A stretch of DNA of 64,000 nucleotides from assembly GCA_947629025.1 (NCBI GenBank), contig CANRCC010000003.1, positions 7,521 through 71,520 on the forward strand, read 5' to 3'. Numbering within the stretch: position 1 is the stretch's first letter; each line of letters begins with the position of its first letter. The translations under genes were made by a program, and so were the position numbers. Positions 9,805 to 20,033 of the stretch are shown here, piece after piece. This stretch comes from an uncultured Bacilli bacterium. Its GTDB lineage: Bacteria > Bacillota_I > Bacilli_A > RF39 > UBA660. The notes under the pieces are model-generated. The model did no database searches. It saw only the letters and a list, made by a program, of their open reading frames with translations, and was not told the DNA's origin.

Positions 9805-10881
9805 CTACTTATTCCTTTCTTTTAAGTACAATACAAATCCTTTAAGTATATTTTTATAATCATTATTAATCCAAGTTATTTTATCTATTATTTTTATTCC
9901 ATCATCATATAATTTATTCATATAATTATAAGCATAATCATATGCGCCAGATTTTTTAAAAATATCTCTTACATAATTAATATCTTCGTCATTTATATTT
10001 TCTTTACCATAATATTTTAATAATTCATCTTTATATTGACTATTGTATGTATATGAATAAAGAATAGTTTGCTTAAACTCTTTAATATCAGAACCTATTA
10101 CTTTTCCAATATTATCACTATATATACCTAATATATCATCTTGTATTTGATAAGCTATTCCTATTTTTTTACCAAATGAAGTAATATCATTTATGTAATT
10201 TTCTTTTGTACCTGCTAAAATCATACCTAAGCATAATGGTCCAACAATAGTATAATATGCAGTTTTAAGATTATATACTTCCATTATATTGTTTTCTAAG
10301 GTTTCACTACTAATTAAGTTATTTTTTGATTCAATAGGAAGAAGCACATCAATTAATTCTCCCTCTACTGTTTTTAAAAATATATCATTAAAATATTTTA
10401 AAACATTACTTAAATTTTTATCATCACCATAACTTTTTACTATTAGTTGATTTGCCTTATAAAAACCATAATCACCTATACATATTGCTACTGACTCTGA
10501 AACTTTTTTTGCCATTTTCTTATCATACTTTAAATAATTATTATAATTCTTAAAATGTATTGTTTCTTTTCCTCTTCTATAATTATCATTATCAATAATA
10601 TCATCATGAATTAATATTGATGTTTGAAATATTTCATAAGCTAAAGAAAGCATATTACTATAATCATCTGATTTATTACTTGCAATTTTATATCCTAAAT
10701 TAACTAATATACCTCTAATCATTTTTCCACCGGAATTTAAATTTGCAAATAATTTTAAATTATCTTTTAAATAACCAGATTTATCTTCTAATAATTTAGA
10801 ATTATATTCATCTAATACTAAATTTAACTTTTTATAAGTATCTTTATAATAATTATTAAATAGTTCTACATTATCTGTCAT
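9805..10881 (-). CDS. Polyprenyl diphosphate synthase (trans-isoprenyl diphosphate synthase family)
   Basis: First Asp-rich motif ILIHDDIIDND and second Asp-rich motif YQIQDDILG. GAGGT ribosome-binding site. Confidence 0.85.
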   Translation of the reverse strand: MTDNVELFNNYYKDTYKKLNLVLDEYNSKLLEDKSGYLKDNLKLFANLNSGGKMIRGILVNLGYKIASNKSDDYSNMLSLAYEIFQTSILIHDDIIDNDNYRRGKETIHFKNYNNYLKYDKKMAKKVSESVAICIGDYGFYKANQLIVKSYGDDKNLSNVLKYFNDIFLKTVEGELIDVLLPIESKNNLISSETLENNIMEVYNLKTAYYTIVGPLCLGMILAGTKENYINDITSFGKKIGIAYQIQDDILGIYSDNIGKVIGSDIKEFKQTILYSYTYNSQYKDELLKYYGKENINDEDINYVRDIFKKSGAYDYAYNYMNKLYDDGIKIIDKITWINNDYKNILKGFVLYLKERNK

Positions 10882-10907
10882 ATTTACCTCACTTTTACTA
10901 ATTTATC

Positions 10908-12110
10908 TTATTCATATAAAATATCTATATCAACATTCCCATCTATTCCATCAACTTTACCATCACTACATAACTGCCACATTTTATATTTTTTTTCATA
11001 ATCTGTTTTATCAGTATAATGAGCAAGCCATATATCATACTTTGTATCTAACCATATTTTTTCTAGATAACTTTTACTACTATATAGCATTCCTTTATAA
11101 CCTTTATCTTCAATAGTTTTTAAAAAATCATTAGCCATTGATGTAAGACCAAAGAAACTTAAATGATATTCATTAAAACTTCCCCATTCTTCCCAGTCAA
11201 ATGAAATAGGTAAATCAATATCATAACCCTTTATTTGTTTTAATACCCATTTTGCATCTTTAATTGCTTTTTTTGATGATGTAGAATATGAATAAAAATA
11301 AACTCCAACAGGTATGTTAGCCTTTTTAGCACCCTCCATATTCTTTTTAAAATTATCATCTAGAAAATAATCTCCTTTTTTTCCTTTAGTTCCACCTAAT
11401 CTAATTATTAAAAACTCTACACCGGCATTTTTTAATTTATCAAAATCTATATCTCCTTGCCACTGTGAAATATCTAGTCCTACTTTTGTATTTTCATTTT
11501 TATAATTTTTTAAAATATCACTAAAATATGTATGACTTTCTTCTTTTTTAACATTTGAAGATGAATTTGAAACTGGTTCATATACAGATAAAGTAAAATT
11601 AACCTCATTTACGTTACCGCTATTATCTTCTGCTTTAAATACTAAAGGATAATTACCTTCTTTTGTTAAATCATAATCCCCTTCTATATAACATTTTGGA
11701 TTACTATCATAATTATCTCCACATAATATTGATTTAGTTAGATCAATATCGCTATTTTTTCTAGCACTATATGAATTATTTAACCATATTACTGGTTTTA
11801 TTGTATCTACTACATTTAATTCATAGTTATATTTTACTTTTATATTATCATCATTTATAAAATCAAATTCTACATTTTTAATTCCAAGTTCAGTAGTATT
11901 AATCTTATAATCTTTTATTATTTTTCCATTAATACTAGTAATATAATCTGAAACTTTAACATTACTATTAAATTCTGCAGTCATATCATCTTTTAAAGTT
12001 ACCTCTATTTTAGCATTTTTTATCCTAATATAATTATATAAATTTGTAATACCAAAAATAAGAATAATTGTTAATAAAATAATTAATATAATCTTAAATT
12101 TTTTATTCAT
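10908..12110 (-). CDS. Membrane-anchored GH25-family muramidase (lysozyme)
   Basis: N-terminal signal anchor KIILIILLTIILIFGI. C-terminal GH25 signature GLDISQWQGDIDF...PVGVYFYSYS...DWEEW. Confidence 0.8.
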   Translation of the reverse strand: MNKKFKIILIILLTIILIFGITNLYNYIRIKNAKIEVTLKDDMTAEFNSNVKVSDYITSINGKIIKDYKINTTELGIKNVEFDFINDDNIKVKYNYELNVVDTIKPVIWLNNSYSARKNSDIDLTKSILCGDNYDSNPKCYIEGDYDLTKEGNYPLVFKAEDNSGNVNEVNFTLSVYEPVSNSSSNVKKEESHTYFSDILKNYKNENTKVGLDISQWQGDIDFDKLKNAGVEFLIIRLGGTKGKKGDYFLDDNFKKNMEGAKKANIPVGVYFYSYSTSSKKAIKDAKWVLKQIKGYDIDLPISFDWEEWGSFNEYHLSFFGLTSMANDFLKTIEDKGYKGMLYSSKSYLEKIWLDTKYDIWLAHYTDKTDYEKKYKMWQLCSDGKVDGIDGNVDIDILYE

Positions 12111-12180
12111 TTTTATTCTCCTCTACTATAAATACATTTTAACATAATTAAATATATTTTAAAAATTATATATTCAAATA

Positions 12181-13425
12181 TTATGATTTTCTTGATTCTA
12201 AAAAACATACGCATTCAACATGATATGTATTTGGAAACATATCAAATGCAGTTATTTCCTTGATATTATATTTTTCTTTTAAAATATTATAATCTCTTGC
12301 AAGTGTAATTGGATTACAAGATATATATACTATCTTATCTGGGCATATTTCTAATATGGATTTTAAAGTTTTTTTATCACTACCACTTCTTGGTGGATCC
12401 ATAATAATTGCATCTATATTTTCTTTTCTTAATATACCTATAGCATTCTCAACTTTACTACAAATAAATTCTACATTTTCTATTTTATTTAATATTAAAT
12501 TTTCTTTAGCGTCCCTAACAGCTTCTTTTACTACCTCTACACCAATTACTTTTTTTGCCTTTTTTGATAAAAGTATTGTTAATGTTCCTGTACCTGAATA
12601 TAAATCTACTATAGTATCTGATTTATCAATATAACTTAATGCTTTATTATACATATTTTGTGCGACTAAAGTATTAACTTGAAAAAATGATTTTGCTGAA
12701 ACATTAAATTTAAAATTATCTAAATTTTGTATAAGAGTTTTACTACCATGTACAATTTTATTTTTTATATAAATACTTTCTAAATCAATAAATGTATCAA
12801 TAAATTTATCTTTTAAATTATCATTAATATTATCAATACAAATCATTACTTTATCATTACAAACTCTAAACATAATTTCACTAATATTATGATTTTTATT
12901 TTCTTTTATAAAATTTCTTATTTTAGTTAAATTATTATTTATTTCTTTATTAGAAATAAGACATTGTTTAATATCAACTATATCATTACTTTTTTCTTTA
13001 AAGAAACCTATTTTATCATTATTAACTTTAAATATTACTTTATTTCTATAATTTAATGTATTATAACTATTAATTTCATCCAAATTAATATTGATATTAC
13101 ATATTTTATTAAATATTGATTTAATTTTATCTATTTTAAATTTTAATTGTTCTTCTATACTTTGGTGCATTAAATCACATCCACCACATTGATAAAAATA
13201 TGGACATATTGGTAAAATCCTACTCTTACTTTCTTTTATTATTTCTACAATATGTCCTAAAGCATAATTATTATATATTTTATCTATTTTTATTTTTAAT
13301 TTTTCTAAAGGTAATGCATATAAAACAAATACTATAAAGTTGTCTACTTTACATACTCCATATCCCTCATTATTATATCTTAAAATATCAACTATATATT
13401 CTTTATTTAAATCCACATAAATCAC
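12181..13425 (-). CDS. rlmD: 23S rRNA (uracil-C5)-methyltransferase RlmD/RumA family (TRAM + 4Fe-4S + MTase)
   Basis: TRAM N-terminus, Cys cluster CPYFYQCGGCDLMH, DLYSGTGT and MDPPRSG motifs. The start is GTG at 13425 or 13416. Confidence 0.85.
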   Translation of the reverse strand: MIYVDLNKEYIVDILRYNNEGYGVCKVDNFIVFVLYALPLEKLKIKIDKIYNNYALGHIVEIIKESKSRILPICPYFYQCGGCDLMHQSIEEQLKFKIDKIKSIFNKICNININLDEINSYNTLNYRNKVIFKVNNDKIGFFKEKSNDIVDIKQCLISNKEINNNLTKIRNFIKENKNHNISEIMFRVCNDKVMICIDNINDNLKDKFIDTFIDLESIYIKNKIVHGSKTLIQNLDNFKFNVSAKSFFQVNTLVAQNMYNKALSYIDKSDTIVDLYSGTGTLTILLSKKAKKVIGVEVVKEAVRDAKENLILNKIENVEFICSKVENAIGILRKENIDAIIMDPPRSGSDKKTLKSILEICPDKIVYISCNPITLARDYNILKEKYNIKEITAFDMFPNTYHVECVCFLESRKS

Positions 13426-13490
13426 CTTTCTAATATTATACTATATTTTTTCTAAAATTGGACAAACTACATAAAAAAGGAGTTTATATT

Positions 13491-14885
13491 ATGGATATAA
13501 AAGAAATAAAATTATTACAAAAAAATAATCCAGATTTAAAAATAAGAGAACTTAAAAATGACAAAACTAATATAAACACAATATACTTTGAATCTTTATG
13601 TGATTCAGATTCAATTAATGATTTTCTCTTAAAACCAATAAACATGAATACTATTAAATCTATTAATGATATTAAAGATAAGATACCTAATGGAAATTTA
13701 AAAGAAGTTACAGATGAAAAAACTTTATTTGAATGTCTATATAATGGCTTTACAGTAATAGAAATTAAAAATAAATTTTTATCATTTGAAACTAAGTTTC
13801 CACTTGATAGCGGAATAAGTGAGGCATCAAATGAAAAAGTTATAAAAGGACCAAAAGATGCATTTACAGAAAACTACCAAAATAATATGGGACTAATTAG
13901 AAAGAGAATAAGATCAAAAGATTTAGTATTTAAAGAACATGTTATAGGTACAACAAGTAAAACTAAAGTGTCATTAATATATGTTGATGGAATAGTAGAT
14001 AAAAAATTAGTTAATAAAATAGAAAAAAAACTTAAAACTATGACAATGGATTATGTAGCAAATAGTAATTATATTACTGAAAACTTAAATAATAACAATT
14101 ATATGTTTCCTACTAATTTAATGACAGAAAGGCCAGATTATGTTGGTTTTCAGCTTATGGAAGGTAGAGTTGCTATACTTGTTGAAAACACTCCTCAAGT
14201 AATTATAATTCCAGCATTTTTCTCAGATTTTATAAAAACAGTAGATGATTATTATCAAAACACAAAAAATGTTTCTATAACTAGAATAATAAGAGTTTTA
14301 GCACTTATTATTTCAATTTTTACTCCTGCAGTTTATATAGCTTTAACTACATTTAATCAAGAAACTCTCCCAACAAGTGTACTTATTAATTTTTCAATTC
14401 AAAGAGGTGGCGTGCCTTTTCCATCTATAGTTGAAGCAATAATAATGTGGTTAACATTTGAAATATTAAGAGAAGCAGATACAAGAATTCCATTTGTTAT
14501 GGGAACATCTATGTCAATAGTTGGTGCATTAGTATTAGGTCAGGCAGCTGTTGAAGCAGGCTTAATATCACCTATTATGATTATCATAATAGCAATTTCA
14601 TCTGTTGCATCTTTGTTATTTAATGATAATGATATGGTTAATGCAATTAGAATATGGAAATTATTGTTTCTTTTACTTAGTGCATTTGTAGGATTATATG
14701 GAGTATTTATAGGACTAGTATTATTCATAATGAAATTATGTTCTATGGACTCATATGGATTTGATTATACAGATCCAAATGCTCCTTTTAATATGCAAGC
14801 ACAAAAAAACAATATAATACTTACTAAAAAATATAAACTAAATAAGAGAAATCCTTTCTTAACAGATAATTCAAATAGGAGGTAA
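13491..14885 (+). CDS. Spore germination protein, GerA-family A subunit
   Basis: The sequence FPLDSGISEASNEKVIKGPKDAFTEN...GLIRKRI is typical of GerAA. C-terminal membrane region. AAGGAG ribosome-binding site before ATG 13491. Confidence 0.9.
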   Translation: MDIKEIKLLQKNNPDLKIRELKNDKTNINTIYFESLCDSDSINDFLLKPINMNTIKSINDIKDKIPNGNLKEVTDEKTLFECLYNGFTVIEIKNKFLSFETKFPLDSGISEASNEKVIKGPKDAFTENYQNNMGLIRKRIRSKDLVFKEHVIGTTSKTKVSLIYVDGIVDKKLVNKIEKKLKTMTMDYVANSNYITENLNNNNYMFPTNLMTERPDYVGFQLMEGRVAILVENTPQVIIIPAFFSDFIKTVDDYYQNTKNVSITRIIRVLALIISIFTPAVYIALTTFNQETLPTSVLINFSIQRGGVPFPSIVEAIIMWLTFEILREADTRIPFVMGTSMSIVGALVLGQAAVEAGLISPIMIIIIAISSVASLLFNDNDMVNAIRIWKLLFLLLSAFVGLYGVFIGLVLFIMKLCSMDSYGFDYTDPNAPFNMQAQKNNIILTKKYKLNKRNPFLTDNSNRR

Positions 14886-14887
14886 AA

Positions 14888-16036
14888 ATGAAAAAAATAA
14901 TTATTATTTTAATTATAATTTTAAGTTTTACAGGATGTTATAACTATAAAGAATTAAATAAAATTGCAATTGTTAGTTCTATTGCTATTGACAAAAAAGA
15001 TGACAAATATCTAGTAAGTGCTCAAGTAATGAATGCTAAACAAGATAAAGAAAGTGAAAGTAGTCAAGTTGTAGTTTATGAAGCAAAAGGTGAAACTATT
15101 AATGGTGCATTAAGAAATATGACTATGAAAGCTCCTAGAACAATATATGGAGGACACTTAAGTAAACTTGTTATTTCAGAAGAAATAGCTAAAGAAGGAA
15201 TTGCAAATATAATAGATGGTTTTCAAAGATTAACTGAAATAAGAAATGAATTTACAATTACAATAGCTAGGAATATTGAAGCATCTAAAGTAATTAAAAT
15301 TATGACATCAACTGAATCAGTACCTGCAGAATATGTTAAAACATCTCTTGAAACTGCAGATATATCTAGTGCTTTAACATACTCTACTAAACTTGATGAA
15401 TTTGCATCATTATACTTAAAAAAAGGAATAGATCCTGTAATTGCAGTAATAGAAGTTGATAATTATGAAAAAAAAGGAACTACATTAGATAATACTGATA
15501 CTACAGATCCTATAACAAAAATAGTATTAGGTAATATTGCTGTTACAAATAATGGTAAATTTGAAAAATATCTAACAAAAGAGGAAACAATTGGATATAA
15601 CTTTATTAGAAACCAGGTTGAAGAAATTGTAATTCCAGTAAAATGTGATGACAAATATTATGCATCTATAACTGTTTTAAAAAATAAAACAAAATATAAA
15701 GTAGCTAAAGTTAATAATAAATATCAAATAAAATATTTTATTAATTCAAATGGTGTTATTGGAGAATATGATTGTTCTGATGAACTAATTAAAGAAAAAG
15801 TTATTAATAATCTTGAGAAAAAGGCTGAGAAAAAAATAAAGTATTATATAAATAAAGCATTAGAAGCACAAAAAGATTCTAAAAGTAAATTTTTAGGATT
15901 TGAAAGAAATATTTATCTAAACTATCCAAAATATAAAGATGAAGAATATGAAATAAAATTAAATGTTAATTTAGAATTAAGTCGTAAAGGTGAACTTAGA
16001 AATTCAAGTAAAGGAGCTAAAAAGAATGAATACTAA
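14888..16036 (+). CDS. Spore germination lipoprotein, GerAC-family C subunit
   Basis: Lipoprotein signal ILSFTGC. The start lies 3 nt after the A-subunit stop. Confidence 0.85.
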   Translation: MKKIIIILIIILSFTGCYNYKELNKIAIVSSIAIDKKDDKYLVSAQVMNAKQDKESESSQVVVYEAKGETINGALRNMTMKAPRTIYGGHLSKLVISEEIAKEGIANIIDGFQRLTEIRNEFTITIARNIEASKVIKIMTSTESVPAEYVKTSLETADISSALTYSTKLDEFASLYLKKGIDPVIAVIEVDNYEKKGTTLDNTDTTDPITKIVLGNIAVTNNGKFEKYLTKEETIGYNFIRNQVEEIVIPVKCDDKYYASITVLKNKTKYKVAKVNNKYQIKYFINSNGVIGEYDCSDELIKEKVINNLEKKAEKKIKYYINKALEAQKDSKSKFLGFERNIYLNYPKYKDEEYEIKLNVNLELSRKGELRNSSKGAKKNEY

Positions 16037-17105
16037 AATTAGTAATAAAGGATTTTCAAGTCTTATATTTTTTACATCACAATCTTTATTTCTAGGTATT
16101 GGTCTTACTCAAATACTTAATTCTAGTAAACAAAATAGTATCTTTTCTGTATTAATAGGTTCTCTTTTAGGATTTATAGTTCTAGCTTTATTTTTAAAAC
16201 TACTAAATTATGAAAAAGATTTAAATATTTATCAAAAACTTGAAAAATTATTTGGAAAATTTTTAGGAAATGTAATTAATATTGCATTAATAGTGTTAGT
16301 TATATTTTACTTTATATATACATTATGGAGTATTCAAATATATATTCAAAATAAATATTTAGATAAAACTCCAAGTATCGTAATACTAATATTATTTTTA
16401 ATACCCACAGTATATTCTGTAAATAAAGGAATTAAACCAATATGTAAACTGTCATTAATAATATTTATAATTACTGTAATTGAAATAATATTATCTATAT
16501 TTGGACTTATTAATTTCGTAGAAATAGATAATCTTAAACCTTTTTTTAATACACCATTTTCAAACATATTAAAAAATTCTTTATACTTTATTTCTTATTT
16601 TTTCACACCTACTTTTATGTTATTAATGGTACCTAAAAATCAAATAGAAAATCAAGATAAATTAAATAAACATATAATTATATTTTATATACTTGGATGT
16701 ATAAATTTCTTTTTACTATTTTTATTTATAATAAGTGTATTTGGTATAGAACTTGCATCTTTATTTTACTATCCAGAATTTACTTTATTAAAGAAAATTA
16801 ATTATCTTGATTTTATTCAGCATGTTGAAAATATATTATCAACACAATGGTTATTTAGTTTATTTATAAGTAGTGTTGTGAGTTTATATTATATAAAAAG
16901 ATTTTTAAATCATAAAAAAATGGATAAAAAAATTTTGTATTATACTATAGTTATTGCTTCATTATTTTTATCAACTATGTTATTTAAAAATACAACTATT
17001 GGATATGACTTTATAAAAAAATATTTTGTACTTATCTATACAATACCAATTTTTATATTAGTTTTAGTTAGTGTAATATTATCACACATAAAAAGTAGAA
17101 ATTAA
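16026..17105 (+). CDS. Spore germination protein, GerAB-family B subunit (APC-like permease)
   Basis: About ten predicted TM helices. ATG 16026 overlaps the C-subunit end. The A-C-B order is that of a gerA-type operon. Confidence 0.8.
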   Translation: MNTKISNKGFSSLIFFTSQSLFLGIGLTQILNSSKQNSIFSVLIGSLLGFIVLALFLKLLNYEKDLNIYQKLEKLFGKFLGNVINIALIVLVIFYFIYTLWSIQIYIQNKYLDKTPSIVILILFLIPTVYSVNKGIKPICKLSLIIFIITVIEIILSIFGLINFVEIDNLKPFFNTPFSNILKNSLYFISYFFTPTFMLLMVPKNQIENQDKLNKHIIIFYILGCINFFLLFLFIISVFGIELASLFYYPEFTLLKKINYLDFIQHVENILSTQWLFSLFISSVVSLYYIKRFLNHKKMDKKILYYTIVIASLFLSTMLFKNTTIGYDFIKKYFVLIYTIPIFILVLVSVILSHIKSRN

Positions 17106-17106
17106 T

Positions 17107-17943
17107 CTACTTATTTTCTTTATTTCTTTTATAATGAAACATATATTGAATAACAAGACCACTATATTCTTTATATTTATCTTTAGTAAATCTTTTTATA
17201 TCTTTAATATTAGTTATGTTATATTCATCTTTCATATATTTTTTTACCCATGTATCTATTGGAAATACATCTAATCTTGAATATGCAAATAATAATATAC
17301 AAGATGCTACTTTCTCACCTATTCCCTTGTTTTCAAGTAAATAAGTCATTGCATCATCAGAATTCATATCACTAATAGAATTTATATCAATAGTTTTATT
17401 ATTAACTTTATTAATAAACTCATAAATATATTTATCTCTAAAACCTGTCTTTAAATTTCTAAGTTCTTCTATACTGCATTCTTTCATATCTTCACTATTT
17501 GGAAATAAATAATATTCTTTATCTTCAAATATGATCTTTTTACCATACTTATATGCAATATTATCAAGTGCTTTTTTTATTTGAGGAACTCTATTATTTT
17601 GAGATAATATATAACTTATTATAGTTTCAAACTTAGGTTGATTAATTATTTTAAATCCATTACAATCATCAACTATTTTCTTCATATTTGGATCTAACTT
17701 TAATATTCTTTTATTTATTTTATTATAATCTCTATCTAAATCAAGATAATATCTAACCTTACTTTCTAGATTATCTTCATTATTTGATTTTACAATTAAA
17801 TCATTATTATCTTGCTTTATATTAATAACTCTATCAGATAATATAATAGTATATGAATTATCATCTTCTATAGAAAATCTAAATATTTGACCACAAGTTA
17901 TAGTATCTGATAAATTTAAGTTAGCATCTTTTATTCTCAACAT
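17107..17943 (-). CDS. 8-oxoguanine DNA glycosylase / HhH-GPD N-glycosylase-lyase (Ogg-type)
   Basis: HhH-GPD region ...GIGEKVASCILLFAYSRLDVFPIDTWVKKY. Confidence 0.8.
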   Translation of the reverse strand: MLRIKDANLNLSDTITCGQIFRFSIEDDNSYTIILSDRVINIKQDNNDLIVKSNNEDNLESKVRYYLDLDRDYNKINKRILKLDPNMKKIVDDCNGFKIINQPKFETIISYILSQNNRVPQIKKALDNIAYKYGKKIIFEDKEYYLFPNSEDMKECSIEELRNLKTGFRDKYIYEFINKVNNKTIDINSISDMNSDDAMTYLLENKGIGEKVASCILLFAYSRLDVFPIDTWVKKYMKDEYNITNIKDIKRFTKDKYKEYSGLVIQYMFHYKRNKENK

Positions 17944-18024
17944 ATAAATACACCCTAGTTAATATTTTATCATATTTAGTATAATTTTTAAATTACTTAT
18001 CAAAATAATAAGGGAGGAATAAAT

Positions 18025-18303
18025 ATGTCATGCAAGAATAAAGATGGTAATAATAAAAATAAAAGCAAAAAAATAGTTTGTAAATCTTGTAAATGTAGTT
18101 ATGATGAAGATGATAAGTTAAAAGTTGTATGTAAAGACTGTGAAGATCAAGATGATACTACTATAATTTGCGAATACTGCGAGTGTATAGATAATGATGA
18201 AAACGATGATAAACAAATATGTTTAAAAAATTGTTCAAAAGATGGAGTAAATGAAGATACAATTTACATTACATGTACAGAATATGAAGAAGATTTAAAT
18301 TAA
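18025..18303 (+). CDS. Small acidic cysteine-rich protein (12 Cys in 92 aa; putative metal-binding)
   Basis: Strong AAGGGAGG ribosome-binding site. Motifs CKSCKC, CKDCED, CEYCEC and CLKNC. No recognisable family. Confidence 0.55.
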   Translation: MSCKNKDGNNKNKSKKIVCKSCKCSYDEDDKLKVVCKDCEDQDDTTIICEYCECIDNDENDDKQICLKNCSKDGVNEDTIYITCTEYEEDLN

Positions 18304-18368
18304 TTTTAAATCTTTTTATTTACTAAAAAAATAGCGTGTTATATAATTTCAATAAAGGAGTGTATATT

Positions 18369-18887
18369 ATGGAATTATTATTGCTATGTATAAAAGTATT
18401 TTTAGGAAGGTTAATTGATGTATCACTTGCAACATTAGTAACTGTTTATGTAGTTAAGGGTCAAAAAGCAAAAGCTACAATTATAGGTTTTATCGATGTA
18501 TTTATTTGGTTTTTAATTGTAAAAGAAGCACTTAATACAGATATTGAAAGTATATTTATCGCAATATCATATGCTGGTGGATATGCATCTGGAACTTTTG
18601 TTGGAAGCAGTCTTTCAAGCTTCTTTAACAAAGGTACAGTTAGTGTTCAAATTATTACAAAAGATATAAATAATATGGTTACTAACTCAATTAAAGAATC
18701 TGGATATTCAGCATCTATAATTGAATGTAAAGGTATATATAATGGTGAAACTAATTATATGATTTATGCACAAATAGAAAATAAAAAATTAAAAGATTTC
18801 AAGAATTTAATAACAAATATTGATAATAATGCATTTATTACAGTTACTGAAAGTAAAGAAATGCTTAATGGATATATTGGAAAATAA
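18369..18887 (+). CDS. UPF0316/DUF2179-family membrane protein
   Basis: MELLLLCIKVFLGRLIDVSLATLVTVYVVKG resembles the UPF0316 N-terminus. AAAGGAG ribosome-binding site. Confidence 0.65.
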   Translation: MELLLLCIKVFLGRLIDVSLATLVTVYVVKGQKAKATIIGFIDVFIWFLIVKEALNTDIESIFIAISYAGGYASGTFVGSSLSSFFNKGTVSVQIITKDINNMVTNSIKESGYSASIIECKGIYNGETNYMIYAQIENKKLKDFKNLITNIDNNAFITVTESKEMLNGYIGK

Positions 18888-18966
18888 TTATAATTTTTAA
18901 AATTTATAATATATTATTATAGAAACATGTAACAATGTGTTATAATGATATAAAGGAAGTTATAAT

Positions 18967-20004
18967 ATGCAAGATAATAAAAAAATTAAAATTAATATGC
19001 TTTCAATGGCTGACTCTGTTGATGGACAAGGCGTTGGTAGTGCATATTTAGAATTAATGAAATTATTAAAAGAAGATGGAAAAGATGATTTTGAAATATA
19101 TTTAAATAAGGGAACTAAATTTGATATTATTCATTCACATACCATTGAACCTAGAAATTATTTCAAATTAAAACACAGCAAAAATCCTACAATAGCATAT
19201 GTTCATTTCTTACCAGAAACTTTAGATGGATCTATAAAGCTTCCAAAACCTATATTTAAAATTCTAAAAAAATATATTATTAGTTATTATAAAACTGCAG
19301 ATCATTTAGTTGTTGTAAATCCTAATTTAAAAAAGGATATGATAAAAGCAGGTCTTGATGAAAGTAAAATAAAGTATATACCGAACTTTGTATCTAAAGA
19401 AATGTTTCATAAAAAAAGTAGTAGTGAAATTTATGAACTAAAGAAAAATATGGGGCTTAAAAAGAATGATTTTGTTGTTTTAAGTGCTGGACAAGTTCAA
19501 AGTAGAAAAGGTGTACTTGATTTTGTTGAGGTTGCTAAAAGATTACCAAATATTACATTCATATGGGCTGGAGGATTTTCATTTGATGTTATTACAGATG
19601 GACATAATGAACTTAAAAAAATAATGAATAAACCTCCTAAAAATGTAAGATTTTTAGGAATAATACCAAGAGAAGAAATGAATGATTTATATAATATTGC
19701 TGATGTATTTTTCATGCCATCATATAATGAATTATTTCCTATGACTATTTTAGAAGCAGTAAGTACAGGAACTCCTATTGTTCTTAGGGATTTAGAATTA
19801 TATGAAGATATACTATTTAAAAAGTATTTAAAAGGTAAAAATAACGATGAATTTGTTCATTTATTAGAAAAACTAAAACAAGATAAAAATGAGTATAAAA
19901 AACAGGTTGAAAATGCTAATTACATAGCCAATTTTTATAGCAAAGATAATGTATATAAAATATGGAAAGATTTTTATACAGATATATATGAAGAAGCAAA
20001 ATAA
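18967..20004 (+). CDS. Glycosyltransferase family 4 (GT-B fold)
   Basis: C-terminal E...FPMTILEAVSTGTPIV matches the GT4 EX7E region. AGGAAG ribosome-binding site. Confidence 0.75.
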   Translation: MQDNKKIKINMLSMADSVDGQGVGSAYLELMKLLKEDGKDDFEIYLNKGTKFDIIHSHTIEPRNYFKLKHSKNPTIAYVHFLPETLDGSIKLPKPIFKILKKYIISYYKTADHLVVVNPNLKKDMIKAGLDESKIKYIPNFVSKEMFHKKSSSEIYELKKNMGLKKNDFVVLSAGQVQSRKGVLDFVEVAKRLPNITFIWAGGFSFDVITDGHNELKKIMNKPPKNVRFLGIIPREEMNDLYNIADVFFMPSYNELFPMTILEAVSTGTPIVLRDLELYEDILFKKYLKGKNNDEFVHLLEKLKQDKNEYKKQVENANYIANFYSKDNVYKIWKDFYTDIYEEAK

Positions 20005-20006
20005 AA

Positions 20007-20033
20007 GTAAACAAAAATATGTTTACTTTTTTT
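20007..20033. terminator. Bidirectional rho-independent terminator between convergent genes
   Basis: Hairpin GTAAAC-aaaaatat-GTTTAC followed by a T-tract. Confidence 0.6.

Noticed and set aside
13426-13490. Possible sigma-G/sigma-F type promoter upstream of the gerA operon
   Set aside because: I could not find a convincing GHATR-N17/18-CATXHTA match by eye, so it is not reported as a feature.
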